A DNA stretch of 63,601 nucleotides, filler included. It is 5 parts of 5 records of this genome, joined end to end, with 100 filler letters (N's around TTAATTAATTAA, not from the genome) between each part and the next. Parts side by side here need not be neighbours in the genome. Positions count along the whole stretch, not along the records: positions 1 to 2,032 come from SRR9188677_59; positions 2,133 to 30,019 come from SRR9188677_61; 3 more parts are not named here. One strand, 5' to 3'. Made by a program: the position numbers and the translations under genes. Within the stretch, counting starts at the first letter, position 1; each line of letters begins with the position of its first letter. This document shows, piece by piece, positions 1 through 9,927 of the stretch. The notes beneath the pieces are model-generated. The model searched no databases. It was not told the DNA's origin and was given only the letters and a program-made list of their open reading frames with translations.

Positions 1-317
1 CGGTCGCTGGGGCAGCCGCAGTTGAGGTTGACCTCGTCATAGCCCCATTGCTCACCCAGCCGGGCGGCCTGGGAAAGTTTGTCGGGCTCGTTGCCGCCCA
101 ACTGCAAGGCCACGGGGTGCTCTTCGGCGTTGAAGCGAAGGTGGCGCTCAGTGCCGCCATACAGGATGCCGCCTGCGTTCACCATCTCGGTGTACAGCAG
201 GGTCTGGCGGGTCAGCAGCCGGTGAAAGTACCGGCAGTGGCGGTCGGTCCAGTCCATCATGGGGGCGATGGACATGCGCCAGGGGTTTAGGACTGGGGAG
301 GGGGAAGCTGTCTGCAC
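1..317 (-). CDS. dusA: tRNA-dihydrouridine synthase A, 5' portion (truncated by contig start; not in ORF track)
   Basis: Minus-strand translation from ATG at 275: MSIAPMMDWTDRHCRYFHRLLTRQTLLYTEMV...HPVALQLGG...GYDEVNLNCGCPSDR, matching DusA motifs. An in-frame GTG at 317 is a possible start. Confidence 0.93.
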   Translation of the reverse strand, partial: MQTASPSPVLNPWRMSIAPMMDWTDRHCRYFHRLLTRQTLLYTEMVNAGGILYGGTERHLRFNAEEHPVALQLGGNEPDKLSQAARLGEQWGYDEVNLNCGCPSD

Positions 318-632
318 GTTGTCGGTCCCTCGCCGAGCAGGTTCTTTGGGCACACCCGCAAAAGCGTTGTTGCCGGAACGCGCGGCGGAGATTAGCGGTT
401 TGAGCAATGGGAGGGGGGGCAATTGTCGCAGCGATTGGCGTGCAAAGTTTTTTAGCCTGAGTTTGCCGACACCCCGTTGTTCATTGAGTTGCAGCAAGTT
501 TCGCGTCAGAGAAGCTTTAAAAGTCTCGAAATATGCGGGAGGGACGTTATTTAGCAACGCTTGTTTGCTATCAATATCGCTATAGTTGCCAAAGATGCTT
601 ATATACCGTTGCGTACGATAACGAATTCAATC

Positions 633-1925
633 ATGTGGAGACATCCCGGAACCCCTGTCGCCGTTCACCCAAGCCAGTTGGTGCCTGGTCTCTACGTATG
701 GCTTAACGTGCGCTGGGATGAGCATCCATTCATCTCCAATCGCTTTTTGATCAAGCACCTCAAGGACGTTTCGGTCATACAGTCACTTGGGATTGATGAC
801 AGGGTGTTCTACTTTCCCGAGAAAAGCTCGGTCACACCTCCAGAGTACGTCCCCCCTCCGCCCACCACGGCTGAACTGGAGGCGCAACGGGTGGCTCAGC
901 TGGCGGCGGAAAGAGCTGCGCTACAAGCAGAGATCAAGCTGAAGGAAGAGCAAAAAAAACAAAAGCGCCAGCGCCAACGAGACGCCGCTACGCGTGCCGA
1001 ACGTTCTTGGGAAGATGCAGCTCGGAAAACCCGTGAGGCTTTGCTGACCCTCCAGCGCTCTCCCAAAGCCGCAGGGCAGATGATTGCAGACCTGTCCAAT
1101 GACACAGCCTCGGCTATTGCGCGCAGCAAAGAAGTGTTGCTGCACTTGTTGGGTGACAAGAAAGAGCAGGGCCCGCAGTTCCATGCGCTCAATGTGTTAA
1201 CACTCTGCATGCTGCTGGGCAAAAAAGCGGGACTGACTGAACGCGAACTCTCTGACTTGGCGATGGCGGCTCTGGCGCATGACGCGGGCAAGGTCAAAGT
1301 GCCAGCGCAACTGTTCAAGACAATCAAGCGGAAAAAGCACGAAGAAGCCTTCGTGCACCAGCATGTGATGTTCTCCTATCAGCTGGCAAACGAGTCGGGC
1401 GCGTTCAGCAAGGATGCACTCGCGGCAATAGCTGACCACCATGAAGCCCTGGATGGCACGGGCTTTCCCAGGGCGAGGAGGGAGATGAGCCGACAAGCCT
1501 CCATCTTGGCGCTGGTGAATCGGTATGACAATCTATGCACCCCCGAAGCCCTGGATCAAGAGCCTTTGATGCCTGCGGAGGCCCTTTCGCATATGTTTCG
1601 GGCCGAGGCAAGCCGCTATGATGCTTCGCTGCTCGGCGCCTTGGTCAAGATGTTGGGGGTGTATCCACCGGGCACTGTGGTTCAGTTGTCGGATGGCTCG
1701 CTGGCGTTGGTGGTGGCGCCTGGTCCAGAAAGCTTGCGCCCGCAAGTGCTGGTTTACTCCCCAGAATTGCCCAAGGATGAGGCCCCTGTGGTGGAGCTGC
1801 AGACCGAGCCGGAACTTAAAATTGCCGAGGCCCTGCGCCCATCCACTCTGCCGCTCGACGTGCTCAAGTGGCTCAATCCTCAGCAACGGCTGTCTTATTA
1901 CTTTTCGGTCGAACCTGCCAACTGA
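633..1925 (+). CDS. HD-GYP family (c-di-GMP phosphodiesterase-like) protein with DUF3391-like N-terminus
   Basis: HDAGK, HHE and DGTGFP (GYP variant) motifs, C-terminal GVYPPGTVVQLSDG, and N-terminal 'QLVPGLYVWLNVRWDEHPF'. ATG at 633 preferred over TTG at 561. Confidence 0.85.
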   Translation: MWRHPGTPVAVHPSQLVPGLYVWLNVRWDEHPFISNRFLIKHLKDVSVIQSLGIDDRVFYFPEKSSVTPPEYVPPPPTTAELEAQRVAQLAAERAALQAEIKLKEEQKKQKRQRQRDAATRAERSWEDAARKTREALLTLQRSPKAAGQMIADLSNDTASAIARSKEVLLHLLGDKKEQGPQFHALNVLTLCMLLGKKAGLTERELSDLAMAALAHDAGKVKVPAQLFKTIKRKKHEEAFVHQHVMFSYQLANESGAFSKDALAAIADHHEALDGTGFPRARREMSRQASILALVNRYDNLCTPEALDQEPLMPAEALSHMFRAEASRYDASLLGALVKMLGVYPPGTVVQLSDGSLALVVAPGPESLRPQVLVYSPELPKDEAPVVELQTEPELKIAEALRPSTLPLDVLKWLNPQQRLSYYFSVEPAN

Positions 1926-2032
1926 CTAAGCTTTCGATTCTGGCTGGCGATCGATTCCGTTTCATTGATCGGGCTTGGTGCTTCGCCCGCTCGGGACGCT
2001 CTCTAGGGATCCTCTGCACGAATCGAGCGGCA

Positions 2033-2132
2033 NNNNNNNNNNNNNNNNNNNNNNNNNNNNNNNNNNNNNNNNNNNNTTAATTAATTAANNNNNNNNNNNN
2101 NNNNNNNNNNNNNNNNNNNNNNNNNNNNNNNN
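2033..2132. other. Artificial contig linker (N44-TTAATTAATTAA-N44)
   Basis: An identical 100-nt spacer with stops in all frames occurs four times, with composition or gene-context breaks across it. Confidence 0.98.
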
Positions 2133-2180
2133 GATTATTGGCTAAATGCCTAATTCAATAATCAAAATAACAATATTTAA

Positions 2181-2690
2181 ACTGTTGGTCGAAAGTTTAC
2201 GTTTACTTATTTCTATGCCGACAAAAAAGGAGTGAAATATTTAATGACCAAAAACAGTTCAAATAACTGGGGACTTGAAAAAATATCACTCAAAAACCCT
2301 AACTCTGTATCTGAAATCGTGTTGTCTGTAAATTCAGGATTAAGTCCGTTTATACAACAATTTCCCGACTATAATCAAACTGTTGTCACCTACGACTATG
2401 AATTAAATGATGGAAGCTCTTTGACAAACGAAATGACTGGAATTATAGAAAACGCCAGAAATATATGGGTGCATCCCCCTAGAACCGATTTTTTCAAGAT
2501 TTTAGAAATAAACCCATTTCCATACATAAAAGCACCGTTTAGCATTGGCAACGAATGGACATGGAAATTAAAGTTTGGCGACCATTGGAAGGACAAGAAA
2601 TGGCTTATGTGGAGTGGAGAAAATGAAAATATATTCCTAGAAAAATAACAAATAAGGTAAAATTGAAAACAAAATTTGGAATTTTAGCTT
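2181..2690 (+). pseudogene. Disrupted hypothetical gene
   Basis: The frame of ORF 2232-2648 is open back to 2181 behind an in-frame TAA. Coding-like sequence (ITNKVKLKTKFGIL) continues in another frame after about 2645. Confidence 0.4.
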
Positions 2691-2755
2691 GACTACACGA
2701 ACATTGATGGGACAAAAACAATCATAGAGCTTATCAGTACGGAATAAAAAAGCCT

Positions 2756-2920
2756 GCCGCCAACATTGCATTGGCATTATGGCGGCTGACGAACATAGGT
2801 TCAACAGCTATGGTACTATCGCACCGGCGACCCGGTTAGCTTTTGTAATATATTCGGCTGACAGAAGTCGATTTGCGTCGCAACGCCGGTACTTTGACGC
2901 CAGCGTGATCGTAGAGCGAC
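2756..2920 (+). repeat. Degenerate attC-like intergenic element
   Basis: Starts GCCGCCAAC-ATTGCATTGGC..GGCGGCTGAC, like the other copies; right arm is degenerate. Confidence 0.5.
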
Positions 2921-2989
2921 CTCAAAACAATCCAGTGTCACAAACAGATTTTTTGATATTGTAACAGACAAACCAAAAAGACAACAATT

Positions 2990-3364
2990 ATGGGCGTTAA
3001 ATTTGAAGCAGGAATTAACATCGCAATAAAAATTCCTAAAAGCAAATACGAAAAAACAGTCGCTTTTTACAGAGATATTCTGAAGTTGGAAGTTGAAGAA
3101 AAGCCTATTGACAATCCTACCGTTTCCAAAACACACGAAGTGAAATTTGGAAATAATATTATATGGCTCGACTGCGTTGACAACTACACCCATTCAGAAA
3201 CCTGGTTACAGTTAACAGTTCCAGATGTAGAAGAAGCAACAAACTATTTGTTATCGAATGCTGTGGAAACTTGTGACGAAATTGAAGAACTTCCAAAAAA
3301 TATGCATTGGATTCAAGACCCGGCAGGAACTGTATTCAACCTGCAAAAGAAGGAATCAAACTAA
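2990..3364 (+). CDS. VOC/glyoxalase-like protein
   Basis: 'TVAFYRDILKL' and 'WIQDPAGTVF' VOC motifs. Confidence 0.8.
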   Translation: MGVKFEAGINIAIKIPKSKYEKTVAFYRDILKLEVEEKPIDNPTVSKTHEVKFGNNIIWLDCVDNYTHSETWLQLTVPDVEEATNYLLSNAVETCDEIEELPKNMHWIQDPAGTVFNLQKKESN

Positions 3365-3458
3365 ATAGCTGGCTTAAAATATTTGAGTAAGATATGACAT
3401 CGATCGTATAGCCCACATTCACCAAGTCGATAATCTTAAGGTATTTTAAAGCGACACC

Positions 3459-4106
3459 GTGAAAATGAAAATTAAACCAGATGAATTAACAGAAAATGGG
3501 TATGTTCTTCTTGACAAGTTAGGACATAAAGAACTTGTGCCGTTCATAAGGATTTACATAAAAAAATGGACAAGGTATACTGTATTTTACTACATCAGTA
3601 ATCTGATCGTATTCGGTCTTGCAGCATATCTGTTTTTTGAGGGATATAATTTGCCGGGTTATGATCCTGGTGACAGATTTACTCATTTTGCATATGGACT
3701 TGCGATTGCCTTTTTTTTAGTTCCTCTTCACGAATACATTCACGTATTAGCTTATAAATCGCAAGGGGCTACAAATACTTCATATGACGCAAACTTTAAA
3801 CAATTCTATTTTATGGCACTTGCAGACAAGTTTGTGGTAAATAAGAAGGAATTTGAAGTTGTTGCCCTGGCACCATTTACTATCATCACGACAATATTAA
3901 CAATATTACTATTTATTGTGAGCCATACCTGGACACTGACGATTGTTGGTATATTACTTACTCATACTGCGTTGTGTTCGGGCGACTTTGGACTGCTAAG
4001 TTGCTTTGAGTTTCAAAAGCACAAGAAAGCAGTAACATTTGATGATGTAGAAAATAAGATTTCTTACTTCTATGGACAGACAGGTGAAAAGAAAACGATC
4101 GCATAA
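3459..4106 (+). CDS. DUF3267-like membrane protein, putative zinc metalloprotease
   Basis: HEYIH (HExxH) next to TM helices; ALAPF and SGD motifs. Confidence 0.7.
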   Translation: MKMKIKPDELTENGYVLLDKLGHKELVPFIRIYIKKWTRYTVFYYISNLIVFGLAAYLFFEGYNLPGYDPGDRFTHFAYGLAIAFFLVPLHEYIHVLAYKSQGATNTSYDANFKQFYFMALADKFVVNKKEFEVVALAPFTIITTILTILLFIVSHTWTLTIVGILLTHTALCSGDFGLLSCFEFQKHKKAVTFDDVENKISYFYGQTGEKKTIA

Positions 4107-4250
4107 CATTGGTCTCAGCAGCAGTCAGGTCTCGGCTACCAATGTTCAGCTTTTTGTTGTTAATTTCAACCTCAGTTTTTCAATCTGCTGCGGTTATGTG
4201 CCGGATGAATATAATCCAGCACCACAGCAAGCCCGAAACCGTTGGCGGCA
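4101..4250 (+). repeat. attC-like element
   Basis: GCATAAC (4101-4107) overlaps the upstream stop codon; ends CAAGCCCGAAACC-GTTGGCGGC (4228-4249). Confidence 0.65.
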
Positions 4251-4283
4251 AGTGTAACAGACGACAGTAACAACAACAAAACA

Positions 4284-4865
4284 ATGAAAGATATACTATT
4301 TGACTTTATAGCAAAATACGTTTCCCTGACAGAAGAAGAGAAGGATGCACTCGTTTCGTTGGACCTGTTTCACCCGTTAAAGAAAGGGGCGATATTACTC
4401 AAGGAGGGACAAAAAACGAAAAACAGCTTCTTTGTTCTAAAAGGCTGTATCCGAACTTATTATGTAATGGACGGGGAAGAAAAAACGACCGCATTCTACA
4501 CAGAAATGGAAGCTTTGACTCCCCCTTGTGTTATAAGCAAAACTCCGTCCGAATACTATATAAGTTGTATAGAAGATTCTATACTTCTAATTTCGAATTC
4601 CGATATGGAAGTAGAAGTAAACAGTAAATTTCCAAAGTTTGACATCATGTGCAGAATCTTGTCGGAAGAATTGCTGGCCAAAGAACGTATAGACTTTGAC
4701 GAGTATAAGACTTCCTCACCAGAACAACGGTATCTGAACTTATTGCAATCACGACCGGACCTTATCCAACGCGTGCCACAGCACCAACTGGCAAGTTATC
4801 TTGGGATAAAACCACAATCATTAAGCAGGTTAAGGGCAAGAATTCTGGAGAAAAGCAAAGCGTAA
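4284..4865 (+). CDS. Crp/Fnr family transcriptional regulator
   Basis: cNMP-binding-like N-terminus (LLKEGQ..FFVLKGCIRTYY) and C-terminal HTH 'QHQLASYLGIKPQSLSRLR'. Confidence 0.9.
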   Translation: MKDILFDFIAKYVSLTEEEKDALVSLDLFHPLKKGAILLKEGQKTKNSFFVLKGCIRTYYVMDGEEKTTAFYTEMEALTPPCVISKTPSEYYISCIEDSILLISNSDMEVEVNSKFPKFDIMCRILSEELLAKERIDFDEYKTSSPEQRYLNLLQSRPDLIQRVPQHQLASYLGIKPQSLSRLRARILEKSKA

Positions 4866-4866
4866 C

Positions 4867-4949
4867 TTCATTTCTTAACTTAAGTGAACGATTTCAGGCC
4901 TTTCGCCAATCTACTTTCGCAGTATCATTTAACCTCAATTAAAAAAGAT
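4867..4949 (+). promoter_or_regulatory. Putative Crp/Fnr operator plus promoter, copy 1
   Basis: TTCATTTCTTAACTTAAGTGAACGA is identical at 4867 and 6325, followed by a TAnnTTTG-like -7 box (TACTTTCG). Confidence 0.6.
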
Positions 4950-5567
4950 ATGCGAAAGAGAATTTTAGGAATTGGACTTACCTTGGTGTTGGCAAGCGGT
5001 TTACAGTTGAATGCACAAATTGCCAAACAAGACAGTACTTACAGAAAGTGGTTTGTAGGGAGTTCACTCTTGATGTTTGGAAATTTTTCTAAAGTAAACA
5101 ACCCTGAGTATATCCAATTAAATGTTGGATATCGGATAACACCCAAAGATGTTGTTTCCTTTGAATTCAAAAGATCCATTTATTCCTGGCCAATAGGTAT
5201 CCCTTTTGGACCATCATTTGATGCGCCTGGACTAAACTATCCTGGCCATGCACGCATACTTGCACCTACGGTAGGATATCAACGTTTTTGGTGGAAAGGA
5301 GTTTATACTTCTGTGCATGCTTTGAATGCTTTTGAAAAATACATGGATGAGAGTAAAAAGAAGATTGGAAATGGATACACGTTATATCTGAACTTCCATT
5401 TGGGGTACCAGTTTAAGTTTTTCAAGAACCGGTTCTTTTTTGAACCAGCGATAGGATGTAGTTATTGGCCTGTAAGAACTAATGTTCCGGAATCTTTTAA
5501 ATTGGCTGAAAAAAAATGGCCTAACTACTTCATTCAACCCGGGCTTCACTTTGGGTTTAACTTTTAG
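4950..5567 (+). CDS. Hypothetical outer-membrane beta-barrel-like protein, paralog A
   Basis: Signal peptide, alternating aromatic strands, C-terminal GLHFGFNF. Confidence 0.65.
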   Translation: MRKRILGIGLTLVLASGLQLNAQIAKQDSTYRKWFVGSSLLMFGNFSKVNNPEYIQLNVGYRITPKDVVSFEFKRSIYSWPIGIPFGPSFDAPGLNYPGHARILAPTVGYQRFWWKGVYTSVHALNAFEKYMDESKKKIGNGYTLYLNFHLGYQFKFFKNRFFFEPAIGCSYWPVRTNVPESFKLAEKKWPNYFIQPGLHFGFNF

Positions 5568-5640
5568 TCCGCTTCTATAAAGAACTTTACCGGATACCTT
5601 CCGACATCAAAAAAACTCCCAACGACAGCTTCTCTTCATC

Positions 5641-5782
5641 AGGGACTGGCCTTTTATCGAACCGTCTATCTCGGGCACTTAATGTTCCGTGAGCACCAAG
5701 CTACCGGATCGTTTTATGGTACTGCAAATGGAAAGAGTATTTTTTCAAAGAACAGGGGCCGGATTTCAGAGTTAAGTTTTAA
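5641..5782 (+). pseudogene. Decayed 3'-end remnant of the same beta-barrel family
   Basis: Translates FIEPSISGT*CSVSTKLPDRF, then after a frameshift KWKEYFFKEQGPDFRVKF*; aligns with the C-termini of paralogs A and B. Confidence 0.6.
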
Positions 5783-5811
5783 TACATGTTTAATAATAAA
5801 AAATTAATAAA

Positions 5812-6183
5812 ATGAAAAAGATCGGTATTTGCTCCCTTTTCTTAATACTAATAGCATTTCTTAGTTCATGTGGCATCGGCATCAACCACGTTAGCAATCA
5901 CAATCAAAACGCTACCGAGGTACACTTAAGTGAGAACAACTTCAAAGTAGTTGATCAGGTAAGTGGAAGTTCGGAGATGTCTTATGTATTGGCAATTGGA
6001 GGTAGGAACAAAAGGCAATTGTACGAAAATGCGTATTCAACGATGATGAAAAAAGCCAACTTGCTGAATGGCTCCAAAGCAATAATCAACGTGATGAAAG
6101 AGGAACATTTCAGTGGTTTTGCCCCTTTCTATGTCAGAAGAACCATTACTGTGAGTGCCCAGGTGGTTGAATTTACGAGGTAA
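5812..6183 (+). CDS. Small lipoprotein (DUF6567-like)
   Basis: Lipobox FLSSC after a hydrophobic stretch. Confidence 0.65.
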   Translation: MKKIGICSLFLILIAFLSSCGIGINHVSNHNQNATEVHLSENNFKVVDQVSGSSEMSYVLAIGGRNKRQLYENAYSTMMKKANLLNGSKAIINVMKEEHFSGFAPFYVRRTITVSAQVVEFTR

Positions 6184-6324
6184 GTTCAAACAAATGGGTT
6201 GTACATACTTCCAGGACTGACTGTTGGTTTGCTCAGCGTATGCCGCAAACAGTTAGCAAGTTATCCTGGTACCAAAACACAACCATCATGCAGGATCATT
6301 TTGGAGAAAAACAAAGGTTAGGGT

Positions 6325-6404
6325 TCATTTCTTAACTTAAGTGAACGAGTTCAAGCATTGCCCGCATTTACTTTTGCAGTATCAATCAACTTTATTAAAA
6401 AGAT
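6325..6404 (+). promoter_or_regulatory. Putative Crp/Fnr operator plus promoter, copy 2
   Basis: 25-nt exact repeat of 4867-4891, then TACTTTTG (-7 box), upstream of paralog B. Confidence 0.6.
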
Positions 6405-7028
6405 ATGCAAAAGAAAATGTTAACCTTGGTTTTTACCTTACTTTTAACAAGCACGCTCCAACTAAAAGCACAATATGCTAAAACAGACAGCACCTACAAA
6501 AGGTGGTTCGTTGGTAGCACAATGTTTTTGTTAGGTAATTTTGATACGACAAATCCCCCCGGCTTCGCCCAACTGAATTTCGGTTATCGGATTACAGGAA
6601 AAGATGTTATTTCCGTTGAATTAATAACCTGGCAACATGCCTGGCCACTTGGTATTAACCCTTTTTATAATAAGGCATACGGAAAACCTGAGGAGAAATA
6701 TCCTGGTTATATAAGAGAATTTGGAATTGGCCTGGCTTATCAAAGGTATATTTGGAAAGGTCTTTACCTGGCAGTGCATGCAACGCCTATGTGGCAAACT
6801 TTTAAGAATGAAAACGGTAACAAGGCGGGTGATGGTTTCATTATATTCAACACCTATCGGGTTGGCTATCACGTTAAACTCTTTAAGGACAGGTTTTTTA
6901 TAGAACCATCTCTTGGGGTTGCCGGCCGTCCTTATTTCACCGAAATGCCTGATGGTTTTAAAGAAAAAGATGACAAGTGGCCAAAATGGACGCCTGAACC
7001 AGGGCTGCATTTTGGATTTAATTTTTAA
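6405..7028 (+). CDS. Hypothetical outer-membrane beta-barrel-like protein, paralog B
   Basis: Clear paralog of 4950-5567 (DSTYxxWFVGS, QLNxGYRIT, PGLHFGFNF). Confidence 0.7.
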   Translation: MQKKMLTLVFTLLLTSTLQLKAQYAKTDSTYKRWFVGSTMFLLGNFDTTNPPGFAQLNFGYRITGKDVISVELITWQHAWPLGINPFYNKAYGKPEEKYPGYIREFGIGLAYQRYIWKGLYLAVHATPMWQTFKNENGNKAGDGFIIFNTYRVGYHVKLFKDRFFIEPSLGVAGRPYFTEMPDGFKEKDDKWPKWTPEPGLHFGFNF

Positions 7029-7083
7029 CGACTTACCAGTGGACTAACAGAACTTACTGTAACAAATAATAAAGGCAGTTAGA

Positions 7084-7169
7084 CTACCTGATGGATTTAA
7101 ACAGTTGGATTATAAAGGGTCTAAATTTCTATTCGGAGAACCGGGATTTCATTTTGGATTAATTTTTGA
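7084..7169 (+). pseudogene. Second decayed 3'-end remnant of the beta-barrel family
   Basis: LPDGFKQLDYKGSKFLFGEPGFHFG plus a 1-nt deletion before the stop; compare paralog B MPDGFKEKDDKWPKWTPEPGLHFGFNF. Confidence 0.75.
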
Positions 7170-7242
7170 TAACTTTTCGGTTCAGTCAACAAGGCGTTTA
7201 TGTTAATCGTGAGACGATCAATAAAGAAATAATTATGCTGAA

Positions 7243-7884
7243 ATGAAACTCTCAACAAAAGCAGAAAATATACTGACGCAAATAGCCGACAAGAATACCA
7301 GACTTGGCGACTTGCGAACCATTGCCAGGGATATTAAAAAAGATCACCAATTGGCAATTGAACTTTGGTCTACTAAGCATTTTTTTGCGCGACAATTAGC
7401 AATTCTCATTCTGGACAAGAAACTTCTCCCCGAAGAAATTATTGACAATTTAGTCAGCGATATTAACCAACACAACGAAAATGAGAAACTTCAACTCATT
7501 GACTGGCTTTTTGCGAACCAACTGACCAGGGACAAGAAGACAATTGCTCTCATTGAAAGTTGGGAAGACAGTCAATCTTCATTAAAAAGACGAACATACT
7601 GGTACTATCAAGCACGTTTGCGTTGGACAGGGCAACCACAACCCGACAGCGAAATATTGCTTTCTAAAATAGAAAAGAGAATTGAAAAAGAACAGCCGGA
7701 AGTGCAATGGGCTATGAATTTCGCAACAGGTTGGATTGGAGTTTATGAAAAAATGTACCGAAACCGTTGTATCGAACTTGGTGAAAAAACAGGACTTTAC
7801 AGAGGACAAGTGGTTTCAAAGGGTTGTACTACTGACTATCTACCAGAGTTCATAGCGATTGAGAGTAACAAAAGAAATTTATAA
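7243..7884 (+). CDS. DNA alkylation repair (AlkD-like) protein
   Basis: 'DHQLAIELWST..ARQLAILI' and 'EVQWAMN' patterns of the HEAT-like family. Confidence 0.8.
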   Translation: MKLSTKAENILTQIADKNTRLGDLRTIARDIKKDHQLAIELWSTKHFFARQLAILILDKKLLPEEIIDNLVSDINQHNENEKLQLIDWLFANQLTRDKKTIALIESWEDSQSSLKRRTYWYYQARLRWTGQPQPDSEILLSKIEKRIEKEQPEVQWAMNFATGWIGVYEKMYRNRCIELGEKTGLYRGQVVSKGCTTDYLPEFIAIESNKRNL

Positions 7885-7912
7885 TGCTTAGAGCATTACG
7901 GCAGACAAGAGC

Positions 7913-8053
7913 GGCAGCTTGCAACACGGATTTCGAGTCAGGCGGGCCGACATGCAGAGTCGGGGCTTTGTGCTTCTATTCAAATTCAGTGTTTAATGTC
8001 AGTTTTGTACTCCGAAAGCCGCCCGAACGCAAGGTCCGAAAACGCCAGCTGCC
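7913..8053 (+). repeat. attC-like element
   Basis: Terminal inverted GGCAGC/GCTGCC; inner arms TCAGGCGG/CCGCCCGA; right end CAAGGTCCGAAAACGCCAGCTGC. Confidence 0.7.
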
Positions 8054-8095
8054 CGTTATACCGACCAATTTTCTAAATATTCAACAACAGAAAAT

Positions 8096-8660
8096 ATGCG
8101 AAAAATTATCTTAAACTTAGCGACCACCTTTGACGGCCTGATTGAAGGCCCCAACGGTGAACTTGAATGGATTGTAAAAGACGAAGAAGTAGACTATGCT
8201 GACATTTTAAATGACATACTAAGTGACAAAGACATCATTTTTTATGGACGAATTGCCTATGAAAAGTTTGGAAACACCCAACCGGAAAAAAACGCGCCGC
8301 AAAAAATAAAAGACGCATATAAGCTTCTACATGAAAAGAAAAAATATGTATTCTCTAATACATTGACAAGCGACGGCTCTGACGCCACTTTTATCAGTTC
8401 CGAGATCAAAGACAAGGTTTTGGAAATTAAACAACAACCAGGGAAAGATATTTGGTTGTATGGGGGCTCGAAAATTGCCACTACCTTTTTAAAATCTAAA
8501 TTTAGTTGACGAAATCAGACTTGCGGTACATCCTGTAATTTTAGGAAAGGGCAAACCTCTTTTTGAAAACATTGAGCTTAAAAAATTAAAACTTACAGAC
8601 ATTCAAAGTTATAAATCGGGTGTGTTCCTCGTCAAATATGACGTAGAGAAAGCTAGCTGA
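8096..8660 (+). pseudogene. Dihydrofolate reductase/RibD C-terminal family gene with +1 frameshift
   Basis: MRKIILNLATTFDG..IWLYGG; continues in the +1 frame after TTTTTAAAA (8486-8494) as LVDEIRLAVHPVILGKGKPLF... to TGA at 8660. Confidence 0.85.
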
Positions 8661-8668
8661 CAATGACT

Positions 8669-8823
8669 GCACATAACTGAGGTTTGGCGTCGCGGGGCTG
8701 AACCGCGCTGCCGGGCGGAACAATGGCCCAAAAATTATATTTCAATGGCTCCGGCCACCCGATTATCTTTAATGCAGAGTTTAGACGTCCCCGTACATTG
8801 CCAAGCCCTGAACTTTGTGAGCC
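8669..8823 (+). repeat. attC-like element
   Basis: GCACATAAC..GGTTTGGC..CGGGG pairs with CCCCG..GCCAAGCC..TTGTGAGC. Confidence 0.7.
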
Positions 8824-8873
8824 ATTTATACAAAAAACAAAACTATCTTACAAAATTGACTCTGTTGATAAAA

Positions 8874-9323
8874 ATGGAATCTGAAATATCTCTTCAAATC
8901 ATTCTAGTAAAGCCTCCGGCAGAAGTAGTTTTTGGGCTGCAAAAAGGCTCTGGCAGCAATTACGAAACCGTTCAAAAGCAAATTTCAACGTCAAACGATT
9001 TAAGTTTTACATTTATAATTACAGTAAAAGGTGATAGATCAAAGGATAAACTTCCTAAACTGTCGGGCGGTTTTGTTCAAGGATCTGGAGATAATAAGTT
9101 TGTTTATATCGACATCGGTACCTACGCCGGCCAATCTGATTCAATTTGGTCGAGACGCCTTAAAATCCCATTGCAAGGAATTACGTGGAATGAACTTGAT
9201 TTAACGATTAGCAACTCAGTGCTGCAAACGACTGTTCCTGGAACAGGTCGGGATGGAGGCCCGAATTGTGCAACAGTGAAACCCTTCGAAGGCTGGCATG
9301 CTAAAAACACTTTGATTGAATAA
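8874..9323 (+). CDS. DUF5990-like hypothetical protein
   Basis: 'FVYIDIGTYAGQ..WSRRLKIPL' and 'GGPNCATVKP'. Confidence 0.65.
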   Translation: MESEISLQIILVKPPAEVVFGLQKGSGSNYETVQKQISTSNDLSFTFIITVKGDRSKDKLPKLSGGFVQGSGDNKFVYIDIGTYAGQSDSIWSRRLKIPLQGITWNELDLTISNSVLQTTVPGTGRDGGPNCATVKPFEGWHAKNTLIE

Positions 9324-9402
9324 AACTTAAAGGCGTACAAACTGGAAAATTTAGATATAAAAACAGATATTCATAGTACCTTAAATTTAAACAACAAACA
9401 AA

Positions 9403-9774
9403 ATGGCAAATGCAATCAATTGGTTTGAAATCCCTGTATTAGATTTCCCAAGGGCAAAAAAATTCTATGAAACAATTTTAGGAGATGAGATTATGGAAAT
9501 GCCATTTCCGGGTGGGAAGTACGGAATGTTACCGGCAGATATGATGAATGGTGAAGTTGGCGGCGGACTGGCACAAGGAGAAGGTTTTGAACCGTCAGAT
9601 AAAGGAACTATTGTTTATCTGAATGGTGGCGAAGACCTGAGTGTTTCTTTGAGCAAAGTAGAACAAGCAGGTGGAAAAATTGTAATGCCAAAGACATCAA
9701 TTGGTGGAAATGGGTTTATGGCACATTTCATTGACACAGAAGGAAACAGACTTGCGTTGCACTCAATGCATTAA
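9403..9774 (+). CDS. VOC family protein
   Basis: NAINWFEIPV..RAKKFY, FIDTEGNRLALHS. Confidence 0.92.
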   Translation: MANAINWFEIPVLDFPRAKKFYETILGDEIMEMPFPGGKYGMLPADMMNGEVGGGLAQGEGFEPSDKGTIVYLNGGEDLSVSLSKVEQAGGKIVMPKTSIGGNGFMAHFIDTEGNRLALHSMH

Positions 9775-9927
9775 CTGCTCAAAGAAAATGCGAAGTGAAA
9801 AATACAAAACCACTATCGCTAATATTAGGCCTTATGCAAATCGGGTTCGAAGAATGGCAGCGGATATCGTAACGCGCTTTGTACAAGCATTTAGTAACGC
9901 ACATACAACAACAATAATTAAAACAAA

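Noticed and set aside
1-632. dusA-associated integrative element
   Set aside because: dusA is a known integration hotspot, but no integrase or att duplication is visible in this 2-kb contig.
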